Below, piece by piece: positions 41,354-51,183 of a DNA stretch of 64,000 nt. The position numbers were made by a program, and so were the translations under genes. Every line of letters begins with the position of its first letter. Positions within the stretch are counted from its first letter, which is position 1. Under the pieces are notes generated by a model, which ran no database searches, was not told the origin of the DNA, and saw only the letters and a list, made by a program, of their open reading frames with translations. Origin of the DNA: Alphaproteobacteria bacterium. Lineage in GTDB: Bacteria > Pseudomonadota > Alphaproteobacteria > SP197. The stretch spans positions 2,080,001 to 2,144,000 of the forward strand of contig OZ219747.1 in the NCBI GenBank assembly GCA_964291265.2, given 5' to 3'.

Positions 41354-43156
41354 ATGACCGACAACATCCTTCGCCAAAGCCAGCTCGTCACAACCTATGG
41401 TCCGGGCGCCATGGTCGATCTGCCAGAGTATTCGGTGGTCGTGTCCAGCCTCGAACAATGGTCCGCGCTCAGACGGGAAAAAATCGATGAACCTCGCCTC
41501 GTTGCCAAGCTGAAACGCTTGTTGAACGTACCAGCGCTGGTCCTTCAGTCACCTCCTCGCCATGAAGATGTCGTAAGGGACAAGAAGAGCCCGGTAGGCG
41601 CCCGCATCTTTCCGACATGGTTCATCGTGAAGGATGTCGTGACCTCGACAACCAATCCGCAGTGGCGCCGACGTCGGCTGGTGAGGTGGAACGATCTGGA
41701 GAGGGGACAATACCGCAACGAGGAGGGCAAGCGCAGGCCGGTTGTTCCGGTGCGGTTCGTCTGTGGATGCCGCAAGGGCCATATCGACGATCTGGACTGG
41801 CGGCGGTTTGTCCACCGTGATGGAAAGTGCGCACGGCCCATGTGGCTTGAAGAACGCGGAACCGGAGCTGATATCGGAGATGCGTTCGCCGTCTGCGAGT
41901 GTGGCAAAGAGCGCTCACTCTATGAAGCTTCCATGCCGGGTACCGAAGCTCTCGGCCCCTGCGAGGGCAAGAGACCATGGATTGGTCAGTATGCCAGGGA
42001 AGCCTGCGGTGAACCCTATCGCCTCCTGGTACGCACGGCGAGCAACGCCTACTTCCCGCAGACGATGCGTGTCATCTCACTTCCCGAACACGATGTTGGC
42101 CTCGCCTCGATGGTGTCCCCTTATCTTGATCACCTGAAAACGGCTGACGACCTCAACATGCTTACAGATTTCCGGAAGATACGGGACCTCGATGCGGCGT
42201 TCGCCAACATCGATGATGATGTCGTGATCGCCGAGTACCGGCGTCAGCTTCGCAGTGGCGATGAAGACGACATTCCGGTCAAGGCCGCCGAGTTCGACGT
42301 GCTGAACAACGGGTCCACAACCATCGGACACGATGACCCGCATTCAACGTTCCACGCCGAGACGCTCCCCCGAGGAGACTGGGACCCGGGCGGTATCCCA
42401 ACCCTCGCAGATATCGACAAGCTCGTCCTGGTTCACCGACTGCGAGAGGTCGTGGCTCTGATCGGGTTCACACGTTTCGAGGCCGTCAATCCGGACAAGG
42501 ACGGTGAACTCGACATCGGTGTGGCAAGAGCGGCGTTGGCAGAGACAATCGAGTGGCTCCCTGCCATCGAAAATCGCGGTGAAGGTGTTTTCATCTCCTT
42601 TTGTCAGGCCGCTATCGAGAAATGGCTGGCGCTACCCGGTGTCCAGAAGCGAGGACAGGAGATTGAAAGTGGGTGGAGAGCATGGGCCAGGGAACATCAC
42701 CGTTCCGTCGAGGACTTTCCCGGTCTTGCCTATGTGATGCTGCATTCGCTTTCCCACATGCTGTTGACGTCCATCGCCCTCGATTGCGGGTACCCCGCGA
42801 GCTCCTTGCGTGAACGTGTCTATGCCGGCGAAAATGGATACGGCATCCTGATCTATACAGGCTCGTCAGATGCCGAAGGCACGCTCGGTGGTCTGGTCGA
42901 GGCAGGTCGACGCATCGACATCCATATGCACGCTGCACTCGAGAAGGGCCGTCTGTGCTCGAATGATCCAGTGTGTGCTGAACATCGCCCCGACTCCCGA
43001 CTCGAAGGGCGCATGCTGCAGGGAGCCGCCTGCCACGGCTGTCTTCTCATAGCCGAAACAAGCTGCGAGCAACGCAATGACTTTCTGGACCGGGCCCTCG
43101 TGGTGCCGACAGTCAGTGTCCAGGACGCCGCCTTCTTTGATCGCAACAATCCGTGA
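41354..43156 (+). CDS. drmB: DISARM DUF1998 protein
   Basis: RQSQLVTTYGPGAMVD, LHSLSHML, EGTLGGL, CSNDPVC...AACHGC...ETSCE. Confidence 0.93.
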   Translation: MTDNILRQSQLVTTYGPGAMVDLPEYSVVVSSLEQWSALRREKIDEPRLVAKLKRLLNVPALVLQSPPRHEDVVRDKKSPVGARIFPTWFIVKDVVTSTTNPQWRRRRLVRWNDLERGQYRNEEGKRRPVVPVRFVCGCRKGHIDDLDWRRFVHRDGKCARPMWLEERGTGADIGDAFAVCECGKERSLYEASMPGTEALGPCEGKRPWIGQYAREACGEPYRLLVRTASNAYFPQTMRVISLPEHDVGLASMVSPYLDHLKTADDLNMLTDFRKIRDLDAAFANIDDDVVIAEYRRQLRSGDEDDIPVKAAEFDVLNNGSTTIGHDDPHSTFHAETLPRGDWDPGGIPTLADIDKLVLVHRLREVVALIGFTRFEAVNPDKDGELDIGVARAALAETIEWLPAIENRGEGVFISFCQAAIEKWLALPGVQKRGQEIESGWRAWAREHHRSVEDFPGLAYVMLHSLSHMLLTSIALDCGYPASSLRERVYAGENGYGILIYTGSSDAEGTLGGLVEAGRRIDIHMHAALEKGRLCSNDPVCAEHRPDSRLEGRMLQGAACHGCLLIAETSCEQRNDFLDRALVVPTVSVQDAAFFDRNNP

Positions 43157-43953
43157 ACACCGGGGATTTCAAGGGCCTCTCCCCCCTTGCAAAGGACGAC
43201 CTCCAGAGGCTCGCTGAACTCCTCGATGCCGGCCTTCTCGTTCCACCAATCAGTGCTCTTGCACTTCATGCCCACGTTCCCATGTCCGCCGCCGAGCCTG
43301 TGGCGCTGTTTCTGTCGCACTACCTTGATGAGGGTATGGCCCCGGGCGACGTCGCGCGACTCCTCCGGGCCTTCATGGCGGGGCTACAGGCAGGAAATTC
43401 CACATCACGGTCCGTCGACGTGGTGGTCAGTGGCCCGGGCGACACCGAAGGAGCACGCGACACCGGTGTTGTTGTCAGGCAGCTGTTCGCAAGGGCCACA
43501 CAACGCATCCTCGTAGCCGGCTTTGCGGTCCACCAGGGCAAGACACTGTTTAGAGTCCTTGCCGACCGTCTCGACGCGGACCCGTCACTCGACGCAATTC
43601 TCTGCCTTGACATCAGTCGGGGCCCCGGTGATACGTCACTCGCAAGGGACATTGTCCGCCGGTTTGCAATCCGTTTCCGAGATCATGAGTGGCCCGGCCA
43701 GCGCCTTCCCGACATCTGCTACGATCCTCGCTCTCTTGAAAGGGCCGGGAGGTCCGCAAGCTCCATGCACGCAAAATGTGTGGTCATCGACGGTCGTGAA
43801 GCCCTGGTCACGTCAGCAAACTTCACCGAGGCTGCACAGCAACGAAACATCGAGCTTGGCCTGCTCGTTAACTCAGAACTTGTCGCGCAGCGCATCGAGG
43901 ACTATTTTCGCAAGTTGATCAAGAGCCGTACTCTGATACGACTGCCTGTATAG
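43153..43953 (+). CDS. drmC: DISARM phospholipase-D-family nuclease
   Basis: HKD motif MHAKCVVID, TSANFT, RNIELG. Confidence 0.92.
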   Translation: MNTGDFKGLSPLAKDDLQRLAELLDAGLLVPPISALALHAHVPMSAAEPVALFLSHYLDEGMAPGDVARLLRAFMAGLQAGNSTSRSVDVVVSGPGDTEGARDTGVVVRQLFARATQRILVAGFAVHQGKTLFRVLADRLDADPSLDAILCLDISRGPGDTSLARDIVRRFAIRFRDHEWPGQRLPDICYDPRSLERAGRSASSMHAKCVVIDGREALVTSANFTEAAQQRNIELGLLVNSELVAQRIEDYFRKLIKSRTLIRLPV

Positions 43954-44028
43954 AATACTCCTTCGCCTTTCACACTCGGTCAAACCAACAACCCCAAAAG
44001 CGGTCTACGACGGAGGTTTGCGGCATTT

Positions 44029-45372
44029 CTACAGCTTAGTAAACCGAGGTGCCAACTTAGCAACAAGCTCTGCCGAGCAAAAGTCCAAATCGAATAAATT
44101 CAAGATCGGGCATCCTAGCTCTGCAACGACTTTATGCCAGTCCGTATTGAGCTTCACAACAGGCCATTCACCGCTCGTTATGCGCCTGTCCGCGGTGGCA
44201 ACCCTACCTGGCGGCCAGTATATTGATGGATCAAAATCCCCAATCCTTCGTCCCTTCAGTCCGGTCCATTCACACTTAAAATGGACCGCTGAAACAGATG
44301 GTAAATGACGAGCAAATGCTCGCGCATGACGGACGAGTTCGGCAGTCTCTCTCAGCACGGTCATCGGAGAAAGCCATGCTCCGATGTCTTCGAGTCTTTT
44401 GTCCTCCCGATAGCCCCGAATCAAACTGGTGCGTCCATCAGGTGCAACGCGCCAGAATTCCGGTATGCAAGTACTGAACCGACTGTTGTCAATGAGGTTT
44501 GCCTCCAGCAAGTCACCCCCAGTCCCGTCAGAGTGTTCCGGATGCACTGTTGCAGCGATCTCCGGTTTGGTAAACGGGTAGAACATGCTCCACCTGGTGT
44601 ACACAGTATCGCGAACCTCGTGGTTAATTTTTTCAAGAAGAAGCCGCAGTTCGTTGATTGGGATGTTCGGGCACTCATGCTGGATGAGGTAGCTGAGACG
44701 GTAATGATTGGCGGCTAGGGACACTGGCCAGCTACAGCCCTGCGCTGTTTTCAGTAACACATCGAACCGCTGTTCATTCGCCTGGTCCCATGCGGACAGA
44801 CGTTCCTCGATGCGTGAAACACGTGATTGTCTGCCTTGAAGCACATGCGAAATCTGGCTCAACAGGGTTTCCCGGTCGTTCAGTGTGCAGCGGCGAATGA
44901 GCGGTGCCCACTGCTGCTGCGACGTGATCGGCACGCTTTCAGGTCCAGGCGCACGAATATAATATGTCTCGGAGCGGAGTCCTTGAGGCTTGCCCTTTGC
45001 ATCCTGCGGGCCATTTCGTACAGCGCAAACAGGCGTGGCTTCATGACCGGGGACGTGTACAACGGGATATCTCTGCGCAACACTACTTGTCACCTCGCAC
45101 ACGCGCACTTCAAACACGGGATGCAGGTAGCGTTTGACAATCGCATTAAGTGTATCGTGATTATACGCATCTAGAGATGCGGGACGATCAGGATCGACCG
45201 TTAGATCGTCCCGAAAGCCGAAAACCAGATATCCTCCACCATGGTTGCACAAAGCGGCAATGTGGCGAGCGACATTGGCTTTATTCACGTTGTCGTTTAA
45301 GTCCAGCCAACTTTTCAACTCAATGTCGAGCGTTTCACGGGGATTGTCTACAAGATCGGCAAGGTCTATCAC
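44029..45372 (-). CDS. Schlafen/AlbA_2 domain protein with an unrecognised C-terminal domain
   Basis: RETLDIELKSW, AALCNHGGGYLVFG, YYIRAPGPES; lower GC; GTG start with GGAGA RBS. Confidence 0.8.
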   Translation of the reverse strand: MIDLADLVDNPRETLDIELKSWLDLNDNVNKANVARHIAALCNHGGGYLVFGFRDDLTVDPDRPASLDAYNHDTLNAIVKRYLHPVFEVRVCEVTSSVAQRYPVVHVPGHEATPVCAVRNGPQDAKGKPQGLRSETYYIRAPGPESVPITSQQQWAPLIRRCTLNDRETLLSQISHVLQGRQSRVSRIEERLSAWDQANEQRFDVLLKTAQGCSWPVSLAANHYRLSYLIQHECPNIPINELRLLLEKINHEVRDTVYTRWSMFYPFTKPEIAATVHPEHSDGTGGDLLEANLIDNSRFSTCIPEFWRVAPDGRTSLIRGYREDKRLEDIGAWLSPMTVLRETAELVRHARAFARHLPSVSAVHFKCEWTGLKGRRIGDFDPSIYWPPGRVATADRRITSGEWPVVKLNTDWHKVVAELGCPILNLFDLDFCSAELVAKLAPRFTKL

Positions 45373-45523
45373 TATTGTTCTCCATGTTGTACGCGTCGAT
45401 TCGCAGCAGCGAAAAACGGGCACAATGATCCCTGGGCCGAAGCTAACCGATTTCCGGTGTTGATTTCAAGGGGAGCTGTGCCATGGCAATTCAAAAAGCC
45501 AGGCGCACCTCGCTCAGCTGCAT

Positions 45524-46027
45524 GTGCGAATCGCCAGGGCCACCGCCAGGGGCAAGACAACAGACGCTCTCGCTGCCGAGGTCGGCGCCATCGAGGAGGA
45601 CCTCGCCGAACTCAAGGAGCGCCGCTCAACCCTGGCCAGCCATGTCCGTGTCGGCGAACTTGCCGACAGCGACAAGCCCGACACCCTGCCACGAACGCGA
45701 CGCCTCCTCATCGATCTCGTCCGCATGATCTGCTATCGCGCCGAAACCCGCATGATGGCCCCCGTGATCCGGGGAAAGGCGCGACCCAACACAGTCCGCA
45801 CCCTCATCGCCGCCCTGATGACCGCCGATGCCAGCATCGAGCCGGACCACGAAAGCGGCATCCTCAGGGTCAACATCCTCGGCCTGGCCAACAACGCAAC
45901 CGAAAAAGCGCTGCTGGCGCTGATCGAAGAACTCAACCAGACCAGGACCGTCTATCCGGGAACAAACCTCCGCCGTCTACAACATCGACGGCGCAACACC
46001 CCAGAATCGTCTCACCCGTGCCTATAA
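45524..46027 (+). pseudogene. Transposase C-terminal fragment
   Basis: RMICYRAET...LNQTRTVYPGTNLR resembles the tail of a large putative transposase family; no catalytic core present. Confidence 0.6.
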
Positions 46028-46263
46028 AGTCAAGCTTCGAAGGATCAACAACCCGACGATATCAAAAAACATCCACCGCGACCAACGTCGCCACATGCTC
46101 AGGCCTGCCGAGATGCCTAGGCTGTTACGATTTTGGAAGTGTTGAACCTGATAACAGTCCCTATGCCTGTTGTTGACCGACAGGGTGCCTTGACACTGCC
46201 GCACCTTGACACCAATTTAGCTCTCCTAATCATCAAACCAACTTACCGACAGGAGATGAAATC

Positions 46264-46524
46264 ATGACAGATCAGAAAAAACCATTTCTCTACACGTTTC
46301 ATTGGTGTGGAGATCGCAAACAGGACATGCTCTTTAAACGCATTTGGGGATCAGCAAAGAACTACCAAGGCAGTCGCGTGTGGGGAATACACATAGACAT
46401 TGAAGATCCTACACCAGAATCCGTAATTATATTCGTGAGGGCGGACATAAGAGAAGAAGAGATCATGGACAAAATCAATAAGGCTCAGACATATTTCCGC
46501 GAACAGGTCGAAAAAAAACCTTAA
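46264..46524 (+). CDS. Small AT-rich hypothetical protein
   Basis: AGGAG RBS, 86 codons, low GC; no family recognised. Confidence 0.55.
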   Translation: MTDQKKPFLYTFHWCGDRKQDMLFKRIWGSAKNYQGSRVWGIHIDIEDPTPESVIIFVRADIREEEIMDKINKAQTYFREQVEKKP

Positions 46525-46760
46525 ACCATCGATGTTACAGTCGCATCTTCACGAAGTGCATCTCGCACCAGTGCAATCGATGTTACGTCAACATCCTGAC
46601 GCCAAGATCTATCGACTACGCCTGCATTCTCCGTAGTCTTCCCGATTGTCGGCGCATCGGTTCCAGTGGGTACAGATCTCGCAACGCCCGGTCGAGGTGC
46701 CATGGGCCTTTCAAGCGGACACGGTTAACTCTGTGTTCATGAGGCCGCATATTGTGTCCC

Positions 46761-47166
46761 ATGAGGATTGGCTTTCGACATCTGTCTGCGACGACGGTTG
46801 ATTGGCTGAAGGCGGCGTCGGTTGCCGAGGGCAGCACGCGCTCGTCCCTGGGGCGGGGATTGTGCGAGCGCGAGAATTGGCGCAACGCGAAGGGCGCCTT
46901 GTGCCTTGCCTCGGCGCGTGCGGCCCTGCCTGGTCTTGCCTCGTCGCTCGACATCGTCCTTCCTGCACCAAGGCCTCATGCCCTCGACACCGGCATCCTC
47001 GAGCGGGACTATCCCGACACGTCACTGGCCTGTGCTCTGGGGGACCTTGGTGAGGTCACCCTTGGAGCCGGTCGGCGACGGCGAGGACAAGCGCCTGGCC
47101 CGTTCGATGATGGCGACCTGGCATCCCGAGGGCGAGGCGCGCGCACCCGGCGCCCGGGTGAGTTAG
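46761..47166 (+). pseudogene. N-terminal fragment of a probable DUF4338-containing (IS4-like) transposase, frameshifted and interrupted
   Basis: TRSSLGRGLCERENWRNAKG...ASAR and MMATWHPEG parallel TRAAIARAFCRETGW and FVARYHYLG in 47405..48271. Confidence 0.55.
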
Positions 47167-47352
47167 TGCCCGCCCGAGAAAGTGCAACCATCTGACTCCA
47201 ATACCTGAATCGTGTATAGGGGAGACGAAGAATCCCGCTTTGGGGCGGGAATCGTCCGGTTTGGTTTCGAATCAGCCGGATTTTCGGGAAACTTCGCGAG
47301 AATAGCCATGCGAGACGTCGTCCGCCCTCAGCTGGAATTGGGACAGGTTGTG
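47167..47352 (+). mobile_element. Left end and first 15 codons of a probable ISNCY/IS5-like element
   Basis: Abrupt break in the previous ORF; ATG at 47308 gives MRDVVRPQLELGQVV, resembling ISNCY transposase N-termini. Confidence 0.4.
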
Positions 47353-47368
47353 GTGCGCCAGGCGAACT
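47353..47368 (+). ncRNA. First 16 nt of a group II intron, cut by IS66
   Basis: gtgcgccaggcgaact matches the intron starts at 18309 and 49100 at 15 of 16 positions. Confidence 0.7.
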
Positions 47369-49099
47369 GTAAGCGTTCGGTCGCGCGGTGATTGTTGGTG
47401 ATATTCACCGGTTGAGGATGCGTTTCCAGTCCTTGCGGAGAGGCCTCAGCCAGATGTCCTTTTTTGGTTTGTCGAGTTTCCTGTGCGTATCGTAGCGTCC
47501 GCGTCCTTTGGTGGTGCCGACATGGATCCATCCTGACGCCTTGTAGACGGTGCCTGTGTAGCGCGGTGTCTGGACGAAGGTTTCGATGAGGACCGGTGTG
47601 GTGTTGTAGCGTCTGGTCCAGTCATCGGACAGTCGGCGTCGCATGATGGCGAGGATGTGGGACCCAAGGTTGGCGATGGAAATCCAGGACATGATCAAGA
47701 AGCGTGGATTATCGACCACCAGCGGCAGGTTCTTCTGCCGCTGCTCGGGTGTCCATCCGATGAAGGTGTCGCGCGGGGCGATTTTCCAGGCGGCGGTGGA
47801 GAAGCCGAGCATGGCGACGGGCGCTCCGTTGCGATCATGGAAGGCGTAGCGCATCTGGGCTCCGACCAGTCTCGTGTAGCCGAGATAATGGTAGCGGGCG
47901 ACGAACTCGTTCCACAGCTTTCCTTCCCGGGTGCCGCATGTGACGATGGAGACGGCAAGGGGGCGGACCTCGTCGAGGGTTGTGGGAGGCGCGCCGCGTG
48001 GCGGTTCGCTGTCGGGTCCGAAGACGATGGGCTTGGGCCGGACCGGCGGGTGTTTGGGTGGCGGCAGGGTGATGAGGCCGTCGCGGTGCATGGCCAGGAA
48101 GGTGACACTCGCCATCATGTTCTTGAGGCCGCCGTCGGGCTTGTACCAGCCGGTCTCGCGGCAGAAGGCACGGGCGATGGCCGCACGGGTGGGGTGCTGG
48201 GTGATCAGGGAGCGCAACAGCGCCATCTCGTGCGCGGTGAAGTCACGGCCGTAGTAACGGCACTCGATCACCCCGGTTCCGTGAGGTCCCGTCGGCGCTC
48301 CGGGCTCATCGACCATGGCAGCCACGGGTCGAGGTCGTCCGGCGGCTTGCCGCCGTTCTGCGCACAGGCATCAAGCCACTCATGAAGCCAGCGCCGAACA
48401 TTGATGTTGTTCATGGCAAGGGTGCCGATGACCGAGTACATGATGGCGGTGAAGGCGGCGCCCTCCTCGCTGTCGGAGCCGAAGTTCAGCTTTCTCGCGG
48501 TCACCGCACCCCGGAGGGTTCTCTCGGCCAGGTTGTTGTCCATGGGCACCTGGGGATGATCGACGAAGACACACAGTCCCTCGCGGTGACGGATCAGGGA
48601 GCGCAAGGGCTTCGCTTCGCGTGCACCCTCGGGCAAGGCGTCGAGTTCCTCCTGTGCCTGCCTGAACAGCGCCTCGACAGCGACACGAAGGGCATCCTGC
48701 AGGGCATCGAACATCGCTGACTGATGCTCCCGTGCGTGCGGGATCGTAGTGCTTCAGCCGTTGCCCATTCAGTGTGTAGATCAGCGCGATCCTGTCGAGC
48801 CACCTGTCGCACCACTCTTCCAGCCCCTCCTGGCCTGCCGCAGCCTCGATCACATCGCGCCTGGAGTGCGTCCAGCAAAAGCAGAGGATCACCTTGCCAT
48901 CGAGCTCGCGCTCAAGTTTCTTGTAGACCGCGTAGCGGTCGCAGACAAGGAAGACGGTGCCTTCGGTGGAGGCGAACAGCACCATGGCCACCCGGGCGTT
49001 GCGTGACGGGTCGATGAGGAAGAAGACGGAGTCGGCGCTGACCGAGTTCCACAGCCAGGCCTTCTGCGAGCGCCCCGAGGCCTTGAGGGACTGGATGCG
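47369..49099 (-). mobile_element. IS66 B, second copy (right end and 3' part); interrupted by a group II intron at 49100
   Basis: IR gtaagcgttcgg at 47369; 48268-49099 closely matches the reverse complement of 19753-20580, with a frameshift near 48730. Confidence 0.92.
47405..48271 (-). CDS. DUF4338 protein (intact), passenger of IS66 B
   Basis: GTGA-coupled to the transposase stop; YHYLGY, RDTFIGW, NPRFLI, NLGSHIL, IETFVQ, GTVYKASGWIHVGTTKGRGR. Confidence 0.88.
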   Translation of the reverse strand: MIECRYYGRDFTAHEMALLRSLITQHPTRAAIARAFCRETGWYKPDGGLKNMMASVTFLAMHRDGLITLPPPKHPPVRPKPIVFGPDSEPPRGAPPTTLDEVRPLAVSIVTCGTREGKLWNEFVARYHYLGYTRLVGAQMRYAFHDRNGAPVAMLGFSTAAWKIAPRDTFIGWTPEQRQKNLPLVVDNPRFLIMSWISIANLGSHILAIMRRRLSDDWTRRYNTTPVLIETFVQTPRYTGTVYKASGWIHVGTTKGRGRYDTHRKLDKPKKDIWLRPLRKDWKRILNR

Positions 49100-49864
49100 G
49101 TGTGCCAGGCGAACTGGCGGAAGGTAGGGGGGGAAAGTCCCCTGAAACGAAGGAGTAACCAAACCACGTTTCTCCGCGAGCCGTGCGTCGGTTCCCGCGA
49201 GGGGGCAGGCGAAGCGTCGGTAGCGGTACGGATGGGCAGGGCTAATGAGCACCGAAAAGTCCGTTGTTCGGGGTGCCGAGGCTTTCGCATCGGTCGAAGG
49301 CAACATCGCAGGCATCGATTTGGTGAGATGTCGGCGAGCCCCGCGGTGTGGCCCACAAGGTCACACCTGAGAGCGATGATCTGACTGACAGACGCCCCAC
49401 CTTCTCCCTCACGAATACCGCACGTTATCAGTGACATGGATGGTCTGTCAATGCCCTCGTGGCGTGGCGCCGCCAACCACATCCAGGCCCGTTTCCAGTG
49501 CATGAAAGTTGCATTTGCGGAAACGACGGCCGAGATACACACACCGTCCAGGCCCCTGCCTGATCGTCGGAACTGCGCGCTTCCAGGCACCACAAGAAAG
49601 CCACATGGAAGCAGCGCCAGACCGGACCTGCCACTTTACACAGGGTAGACCCGTGGTATTCTGGCATCGAAGTGAGCGAGATGACCACGAGAGACTATCC
49701 CATGTGGTGCAGGAGACACAGCCACATCAACGGTCAGTCACAGGCACCACAAGAGCGTCACATGGCATGCCTTGAACCGGGCGCTTCACAACACCATAAG
49801 AACGACATAGCAAGGGCCGCGCCGTGGACCACAGAGACACCATAGGGCCGCCACCGGTCGACAC

Positions 49865-50167
49865 ATGAAGAAGACCACAAAGAAGCAACACACGGTGATG
49901 ATGACCGACAGCGAGTGGCAGGATCTCAGGGAGACCTCTGCCGCTGCCGGCATGACGGTCTCGGCTTTCATCGTCCATCGCCTGGCAGGGTCGGCAGAGG
50001 CTTCCGGAAGCGATCCGCGGATCGATGCGAGGCTCGAGAGGATCGAGCGCTCGGTGCGGATCCTCGAGGAGATCGAACGCCTGCGCCTGAGTGCGGACGG
50101 CGAGACCTGGGACAAGATCAGGGACATCGTGGAGGCACGCATGAAGATCGACCGCAGGCTGGACTGA
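49865..50167 (+). CDS. Ribbon-helix-helix (MobC/NikA-like) protein 1
   Basis: TVMMTDSEWQDLRETSAAAGMTVSAFIV. Confidence 0.7.
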   Translation: MKKTTKKQHTVMMTDSEWQDLRETSAAAGMTVSAFIVHRLAGSAEASGSDPRIDARLERIERSVRILEEIERLRLSADGETWDKIRDIVEARMKIDRRLD

Positions 50168-50178
50168 AGGAGGTGTCC

Positions 50179-50496
50179 ATGGCAGACGAGGCGCGTCCTC
50201 GGCAACGCAACTACTACTGCACGCCGAGCCAGAACCGGATGATCGAGAAGCGTGCCAAGGAAGCCGGGATGAACCGTTCGAGGTTTCTCGTGGCCTGTGC
50301 GCTCCACGAGGACGCCGGCGGTGGCGAGAAGCTGGTTCTCAACGAAGAAGAACAGCACAGTCTCCTGGATCGGGTGACGTCCTTCCATACGTTCGCGGTG
50401 GCGCTCGGCAGGGAGCTGCCGGATATCGGCATGACGCCGTTGGAGGCGCTGTCGTTCCTCGTCCGTGCGGCGAAGCGGGAAGGGGCGGAACCATGA
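50179..50496 (+). CDS. Ribbon-helix-helix protein 2
   Basis: AAGGAGG RBS; YYCTPSQNRMIEKRAKEAGMNRSRFLV. Confidence 0.7.
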   Translation: MADEARPRQRNYYCTPSQNRMIEKRAKEAGMNRSRFLVACALHEDAGGGEKLVLNEEEQHSLLDRVTSFHTFAVALGRELPDIGMTPLEALSFLVRAAKREGAEP

Positions 50497-50894
50497 GGCG
50501 CCGCGAGCGGGTGACGAAGTACTCGCTGTCGGCGACGGACGAGGAATGGGAACGCATCAAGGCCCGGGCCAGCCGCGCCGGCATGACGGTCTCGGCCTTC
50601 CTTGTGGAGAGTGCCCTTGCCGTCGATCCGGGGCGTCCTGCCATCACCCTTGCGCTGACACACGCTGACCAGCGGGTGTTGCTGATGCTGGTCGAGGACA
50701 TTCATGCCGTGCTTTCCGAGAGTCGATGGGACGACCCGTCGATCCGCGACAAGATCCGCAACAGCACCTCCTTCCTCGCCCGCCAGAAGATGCAGGACAT
50801 GATCCGGGATGGCCGCCGCGAGGACCTGTACGCCATCCTGGCGGCGATGCTCGGTGAGGAGGAGGCAGCGAGGGTCATCAAGGCGCTGACCTGA
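50493..50894 (+). CDS. Ribbon-helix-helix protein 3
   Basis: ATGA-coupled; SLSATDEEWERIKARASRAGMTVSAFLV. Confidence 0.7.
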   Translation: MRRRERVTKYSLSATDEEWERIKARASRAGMTVSAFLVESALAVDPGRPAITLALTHADQRVLLMLVEDIHAVLSESRWDDPSIRDKIRNSTSFLARQKMQDMIRDGRREDLYAILAAMLGEEEAARVIKALT

Positions 50895-51183
50895 CGGGCC
50901 GCAAGCCCGGTGGGGTCAGGGGCGTGTCCTGGCGGCGGAGGGCGCTCTGGAGTGGTTCCAGACCAGGTCTCCCGGCTTTCGCGTCGATGACGAGGCGGCG
51001 GATGGCCACGTCTCGCTCGTGGACGCCATCAGGAGTGAGTGGGAATTCGTGGTGGCTGCGGATGGTCCAACACGGGGCGGGGACTACAGGAACAATCCCG
51101 TTCTCATCCGGGAAGATTCTGCACCTCCTCGCCGCCGACACGATGTCGAAGACGGGCGGCGTATCTCGCCGACTGGCTCCTTG

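Larger units (their letters stand above)
28112..46214 (+). mobile_element. Putative twin-integrase defence island (~18.1 kb); right boundary tentative
   Basis: Integrase pair at the left end; CTTGACACCA at 28112-28121 and 46205-46214; GCCGCACCTT at 28124-28133 and 46198-46207. Confidence 0.55.

Noticed and set aside
46527-46587. Repeated atcgatgttac (two copies)
   Set aside because: Only two short copies with no supporting context.
47405-48271. Druantia defence system
   Set aside because: Only DUF4338 is present, inside IS ends; the nearby helicases and DUF1998 fit DISARM order, not DruE.
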